64,000 nucleotides of DNA, from the NCBI RefSeq assembly GCF_009914755.1, contig NC_060930.1; one strand, 5' to 3'. Every line of letters starts with the position of its first letter. Positions within the stretch are counted from its first letter, which is position 1. Both the position numbers and the translations under genes were made by a program. Shown in pieces: positions 58,117-64,000 of the stretch. A model generated the notes under the pieces. The model worked only from the letters and a program-made list of their open reading frames with translations. It did no database searches and was not told where the DNA came from. Source of the stretch: the human T2T-CHM13v2.0 reference genome, Homo sapiens.

Positions 58117-60442
58117 TGTTATGGACTGAATGTTTATGTCCCCCTCAAATTCATATGTTGAAATGTAATCCCAAATGTAATGATATTTGGAGATGGGGCC
58201 AAATATAATGATATTTGGAGGTGGGGCCTTTCAGAGGTAATTAGGTCACAAGAGCAGAGCCTTCATGAATGGGATTAGTGCTCTTATAGGAAGAGGCCAG
58301 AGAGTTGGTTCTTCTTCTCTCCATGTGAGGACACGGAAAGAAGATAGTCATCTACAACCACGCAGCAGGCCCTCACCAGACACCAAATAGGCAATCACCT
58401 TGATCTTGAACTTTCCAGCCCCCAGAACTGTGAGAAATAAATGTCTGTTATTGATAAGCCACCCTACATATGGTATTTTATTATAGCAGCCCAAACTAAG
58501 AGAGAAATTGGTACTGAGAAGTGGAGTGCTGCTATAACAAATACCTAAATATGTGAAAGCAGCTTTGGAACTAACCAAGAGTTGTGAAGTACATCTAGAA
58601 GAAGCCAAGATTGTCATGAAGGGACTTTTAAAGGTGATTTGGTTAGGGCTCAGAAAGGGAAGAGAAGAGCTGTAGAGAAAGCTTCCATCTTCTTAAAGAA
58701 TACATATGTAATCATGGACTGAATGTTAGTAGAAATATGGATAGTAAAGGCCATTTTGATGAATTCTCAGACTGAAGTAAAAACATGTTATTATCTTCAT
58801 TAACACTAAATTTCACTGTCCTTTTCTCCATCTTGTGCAATGGAGAACAGGCAATCCTTGTTATTAAGCAGCAAACAACTTGGGTGAATTGTGTTCATAT
58901 TATTAGTGTTTTGTGGAAGTTGGGACTTGTGAGCAATGAAGTTGGCTATTTAGCTGAGGATATTTCTCAGCTAAGTACTGAAGGCACGGCTTTGTTCCTC
59001 CTGACTGTTTAGTAAAATGTGAGAAGAGAGAAATGATGTGAAGAGGGACTTATCAAACAACAAGAAACTAGAACTTATGAGCTTGGAAAATTCTCAGCCA
59101 ATCCATATTGCACAAAATGAGAAAGCATGTTTAAAAGAGAACACTAAGAGTATTACCAAGCCACCATTTGATAAGGAGATTAGTATGGTGTGAAGCATGG
59201 ACTGAATTAGCTACCTCAGCAGGAAAACTGCCAGTTTGAACTGAATGGGAAGGAATGAAGAAATGTTGTCAGATTTTTTGGATTTTACAGGGAAGACCAT
59301 AAAACTTTTCAGCTGCAAACATGATCTATTCTTCAAGACAAGGGAAGAATGACCACAAAAAAATGATTCAGAGATCATCAGGGCTTCATCCTATGTTGCA
59401 AAGGGTGGAGGAAGAATTCCCTGATTTTCAACAAGTTAGATTACCTCCAATCAAAGGCATGGGGGTAGGACTGGGAGGAGCTGTGGAGGTTTGGTGCCTG
59501 CCCAGCAGAACCCTGGGATTGAGATCCCAATTTGGCAGAGGTGCAGAGCAATATCTCAACTCTACTGGGTCTGGAAAATGGGACCTCTGCCCCAGTGGGC
59601 CTGGAGTGCACAGCATCAAGCACCAGAGGATTATTCTCCAGCCCTGAGATATGGAGTTTGACTTGCTAGGTTCTGGACTTACTTAAAAGCTATCACTCTT
59701 TTCTTCTTTCCTATTCCTTTGCTTCTGAAATGGGGATATCTATTCTACATCTGTCCCACTACTGTAGTTTGGAAGCACATAACTTATTAGGTTGGTGCAA
59801 AAGTAATTGTGGTTTTTTGCCATTAAAAGTAGCAAAAATCGCAATTACTTTTGCACCAACCTAATATTTGGTTTTACATGTTCATAGCTGGAGAGGAGTT
59901 CTGTCTCTGAATGAATGATACCTTAAGAATCACTCATATCTGATTTAGATGATAGATAAGACTTTGGACTTCAGACTTGAGAACCAATGCTAGAACAAGT
60001 TAAGACTTTTGAGGCTACTGGGATGGAAATAATGTATTCTGCATGTGAAGACATGAATTGTGGAGGGCCAGGAGCAGAATGTTAAATACTGAATGTGTGT
60101 GTCCTCCTCAAACACATATGTTGAAATCTAATCTCAGGGTGATATTAAGAGGTGGGGCGTATGGACGGGGTCATTAGACAATGATGGTGGAGGCCTCATG
60201 AATGAGATTAGTGCCCTTAAAAAAGGGACCCCCAGATTACTCTCCTGCTCTCTTTCCATCCTGTGGGGATAAAATGAGATATCAGTAGTCTGCAGCCTAA
60301 AAGAGGGCCCTCACCAGAACCCAACCATACTGGCACCTTGATCTCAGACTTTCAACTTTCAGAGAAATACTGTGAGAAATAGATTTCTGTTGTTAAGTTA
60401 TCCAGCTTATGGCATTTTGTTATAGCAGCCTGAGCTAAGACA
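58117..60442 (+). mobile_element. Two-LTR MaLR (MLT1A-type) provirus: 5' LTR ~58117-58503, internal region, 3' LTR ~60079-60442
   Basis: Perfect CAACC TSD (58112-58116 / 60443-60447); internal region begins aattggtactgagaagtgg; purine-rich tract ggagggccaggagcagaa precedes the 3' LTR. Confidence 0.88.
59787..59864. mobile_element. MADE1 (Hsmar1-derived MITE) with a TA target duplication
   Basis: TTAGGTTGGTGCAAAAGTAATTG...CAATTACTTTTGCACCAACCTAA inverted termini, TA on both sides. Confidence 0.95.
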
Positions 60443-60837
60443 CAACCAATATTCTCATTTTTCCAGGAATGAATTTTAAAATGGTGATATTGTTATATGT
60501 TAATATATAAAACAGCTCTTAAAATGAGTAACTTAGATCTATATGAATCAACTTGAGGCAATCACAAAACAATGTTGAATAAAAAAGCTGCAAAATATTA
60601 AATACAGTATCAACATAATTTTCATAAGCATACGAAACAAACAATAATACATATCTTTTCTGGAGACTATGTGTAACATACGCAGTTACAGAGCATGGAC
60701 TGGATCCATTACTGGGTGTTCGGGAAGATAACGATCAGGGTGTGATTGCAAAAGAAAGAATTTCAACTTTAATCATTTCTTTAAAAAAGATCTGAAGAAA
60801 AAGCAAAATATTTACAGTTACATGAATTTGGTATTGA

Positions 60838-61149
60838 GGCAGAGCACGGTGGCTCATATCTGTAATTCCAGCCCTTTGGGAGGACCACTTGAGGCCAAGA
60901 GTTTGAGACCAGCCTGGTAACACAGTGAGCCTCCATCTTTACAGAAAATAAAAAATTTAACCAGGCATGGTGGCATACATATGTAGTCCTAGGTACTTGC
61001 TACTTGGGAAGCTGAGGTAGGAGGATTGCTTCAACCCAGGTGTTCGAGGCTGCAGTGACCTAGGATCGCACCATGTACTCTAGCCTGGGTGACAAAGCAA
61101 GAGCCTGTCTCAAAAAAGAAAAGAAAAAAGAAAAAGAAAGAAAGAAAAA
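60838..61149 (+). mobile_element. AluJ with a small left-arm deletion
   Basis: Diverged Alu with a (GAAAA)n tail. Confidence 0.85.
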
Positions 61150-61214
61150 TAGAGTTTTGGGTATGGGAGTATTTATTTTATTATGTTTTATACTTATCTA
61201 TATTTTCTTTTTCA

Positions 61215-61306
61215 CATACATACATACACACATTATATATATATACACACATATATATGTATATATGTATATAATATATATACATATATATACACACACA
61301 ATATTT

Positions 61307-61368
<62 letters not shown>
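61215..61368. repeat. TA/CA-rich compound microsatellite ending in a pure (TA)24 at 61321-61368
   Basis: Seen directly. Confidence 0.95.
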
Positions 61369-61371
<3 letters not shown>

Positions 61372-61604
61372 CTTTATACCAGGCAGGAATTTCTTATTTA
61401 TATCCTGAAAATTTGCAGAAAGACTCAAAAACTTTCTTGAGAATTGAATACCTTAATTTTCTCACTGTTAAATACTCAATATTGAAACATTCAGAGGTAA
61501 ATGTCATCTTGGATATCCATTTATTCACAAAATCTCTGAGATTGTTGTGGTTTGAAATCACTGTAGAGAGGTTCAAATATTAGTTGTTAGATTTGCAAGA
61601 CCGA

Positions 61605-61937
<333 letters not shown>

Positions 61938-64000
61938 TCACTCTCTTCTATGTCTTTCAACCGGCTTAAAAAAAAACATCACAGGCAAACGCTTTATTTG
62001 TGCTCTTCTGAAGTAATTGTGTATGTTGTCCCATAATCATCTTCCTTCTGGAAAGAAATTCCTACTCATTGATTTCCTTTGTGTAGTTCCCATACCATTT
62101 GGAACAGATCACTCCTATTTTTCTGACTGATAGAGAATTCTCTAAGTCCCTGAATACCAGCAGTTCAGCATCTTATCTGTGTTTCCAGTCTAAACTTCTG
62201 GACCGCCCAGCAAGCAATGAGGTATAATATTTTGCTACATAGCTGGGGCGTCTGAATAATTAGACACACAGAGCAGGCGGAAGATGCACTATCTCAAAGA
62301 GCTGCTTAGTGACAGTGCCTAGGAAGGTCCTTCCCAAATCCCTGAACGTGGTAAGTAAGCATGGAAAATTGCTGCATGCCCTCAGGTGATCACATCCTGG
62401 AACCCCTATTTGCTTCTACTTCCTGTGCACCACTGCAAACTGGTGCTGAGGGGATTGGTGTGGGTTTATCAGTAAATACAGAAGGGAAAAATCTGTCTGC
62501 TGTTTTTTTTTCCTTGAGTTCACCAATTCTAATTTTTTAAGCCAAACACATTTTCTTAATGTTATAAGTTAAAAAATGAAAAGTTATGTAAAATGAAGCA
62601 TAACTATGGACTGAAACTCTCAAATATTTTTGAATATGTGGAGGTCAATTCTTTTTTGTCATCCCTACCTCCCTATAGAGGAAGAGTGTCAAAAACCCAT
62701 TTGACTTCACATGGTGGAGAAGAACAAGGCAGGAGAAACTGGTCTCTCCTTTGCAAAGAAGGACATACCTGTGCACAAAACTGGGACTTCAGATTTTTTT
62801 TTGAGCTGAGCAAGGATGGAAAGTGTTTTACAGCTGGCATCCTACCTGTAAAAACACTTCATCTAGTCCTTACGGTGAGGTGCAGGGAAAGTTGGTATGG
62901 AAGAAATACTAACGGACCCAAGCATAATGGTTTTCCCCTCAAAGCTTAGGCAAATTTATTAATAAGGAACACACATAAATCAGGTGTACTAATCAGAGAA
63001 GGTTTTTCATTGTCGTGCATTAGTTATATCTTCCAAGAAATGAGGGGAAATTCTGCTCTAACTTCTAGCTGTCCACAGTTTTACTCTGTTACTTCTTTCC
63101 CTTCCCCAGGGTCAGGTGCAATGATCAAAACCATCTCACAGGTTGAACAATGGGCCAAATAAAACAAAATACAATGTAAAAAGGATAAATGTAAGGATAT
63201 GAACTTGGGTCTAAAAACACTGTTAAGGCTAGGATGGGAGAAACATGGTTTAACAGGAACATATGAAAAATTCGGGACAGTAAATTCAGCATTAACCAAC
63301 AGTATGATGTCAAAATAGTCCACGGCAATTTAGAATGCATTAACAGAAATACGTTTTCTAAAACAAGATGTAATAGATATTCTCTGGGCTGGTTAAACAG
63401 TTATGTTCAATTCGGCTCACTACAATTTAAGAAATAAATTGAAATATGTTCAGAAGACTAAAAGGAGGAGAGTTAACAAAAACTCATGAGCGTCTCATAA
63501 GAACACTACTTTTAGAACAAAGGTGTTTCCTCTAAAGAAGAGAAAGATAATCAGAATCATAATTTTCTAATCACTGAGATCAGTGACGCCATGCACAGGA
63601 TAAGAGGATATGCATTCACTTGTAAGATCCCAAAGGTTAGAACATGGATTAACGAATAGAAGCAATAGAAAGACTCTTTATTCCATATATGGAAAGTCTG
63701 ACTGATACTCAGATAAGATCTTAATTCACCTGTAAGAAGAGCCTCAAGCCAAGCATTCTTGAGTATTTAAGTTACTGGTGAACAAGTCCTTGAAAGAGGT
63801 TGATTTAAAGGGGCCTCAAGTTTACATAGATGATTAGACAGAAAATCTCTCTTGGTTCTGAGGTTACTATTCCTGAAATGGGCTGCCTAACCTAACTGCT
63901 CTCTTCAAAATACAGCTGGGAGTGAGATGATGAATCCCTATTTCTACCAATTTGTACATTCCTATAGATTATATTGTCAATCTTTGTGCACTGACTAATA

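Overview
AT-rich, repeat-dense primate DNA that I read as human chr6q25.2, recognised from the encoded proteins. It holds two minus-strand genes in tandem. The first is the 5' part of MTRF1L (mitochondrial release factor mtRF1a): coding exons 1-5 at 9983->161 with the PxT and GGQ motifs, and a CpG-island/ETS promoter at about 9.7-10.5 kb; the last exons lie left of the window. The second is all four coding exons of RGS17/RGSZ2 (ATG 51345, stop 18875-18877, 210 aa), with a probable ~7 kb 3' UTR ending about 1.7 kb upstream of the MTRF1L start; its non-coding first exon lies right of the window. All splice junctions are GT-AG and the exon phases add up. The rest is interspersed repeats: a near full-length Hsmar2, a full-length Tigger1 interrupted by two inverted AluY, 16 Alus plus a FLAM, THE1/MST/MLT1 LTRs, a two-LTR MaLR provirus carrying a MADE1, L1/L2/MIR fragments and TA-rich microsatellites. 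I find no evidence of a new protein-coding system; nearly all other ORFs in the track are repeat-derived or chance. The best second-look items are non-coding: a provirus whose 5' LTR resembles a neighbouring solo LTR more than its own 3' LTR, three identical CTCF-like cores in divergent orientation, a twin-primed L1, perfect palindromes, a poison alternative donor in MTRF1L, and RGS17-to-MTRF1L read-through geometry. Repeat subfamily names come from recalled consensus sequences and need RepeatMasker/Dfam confirmation.
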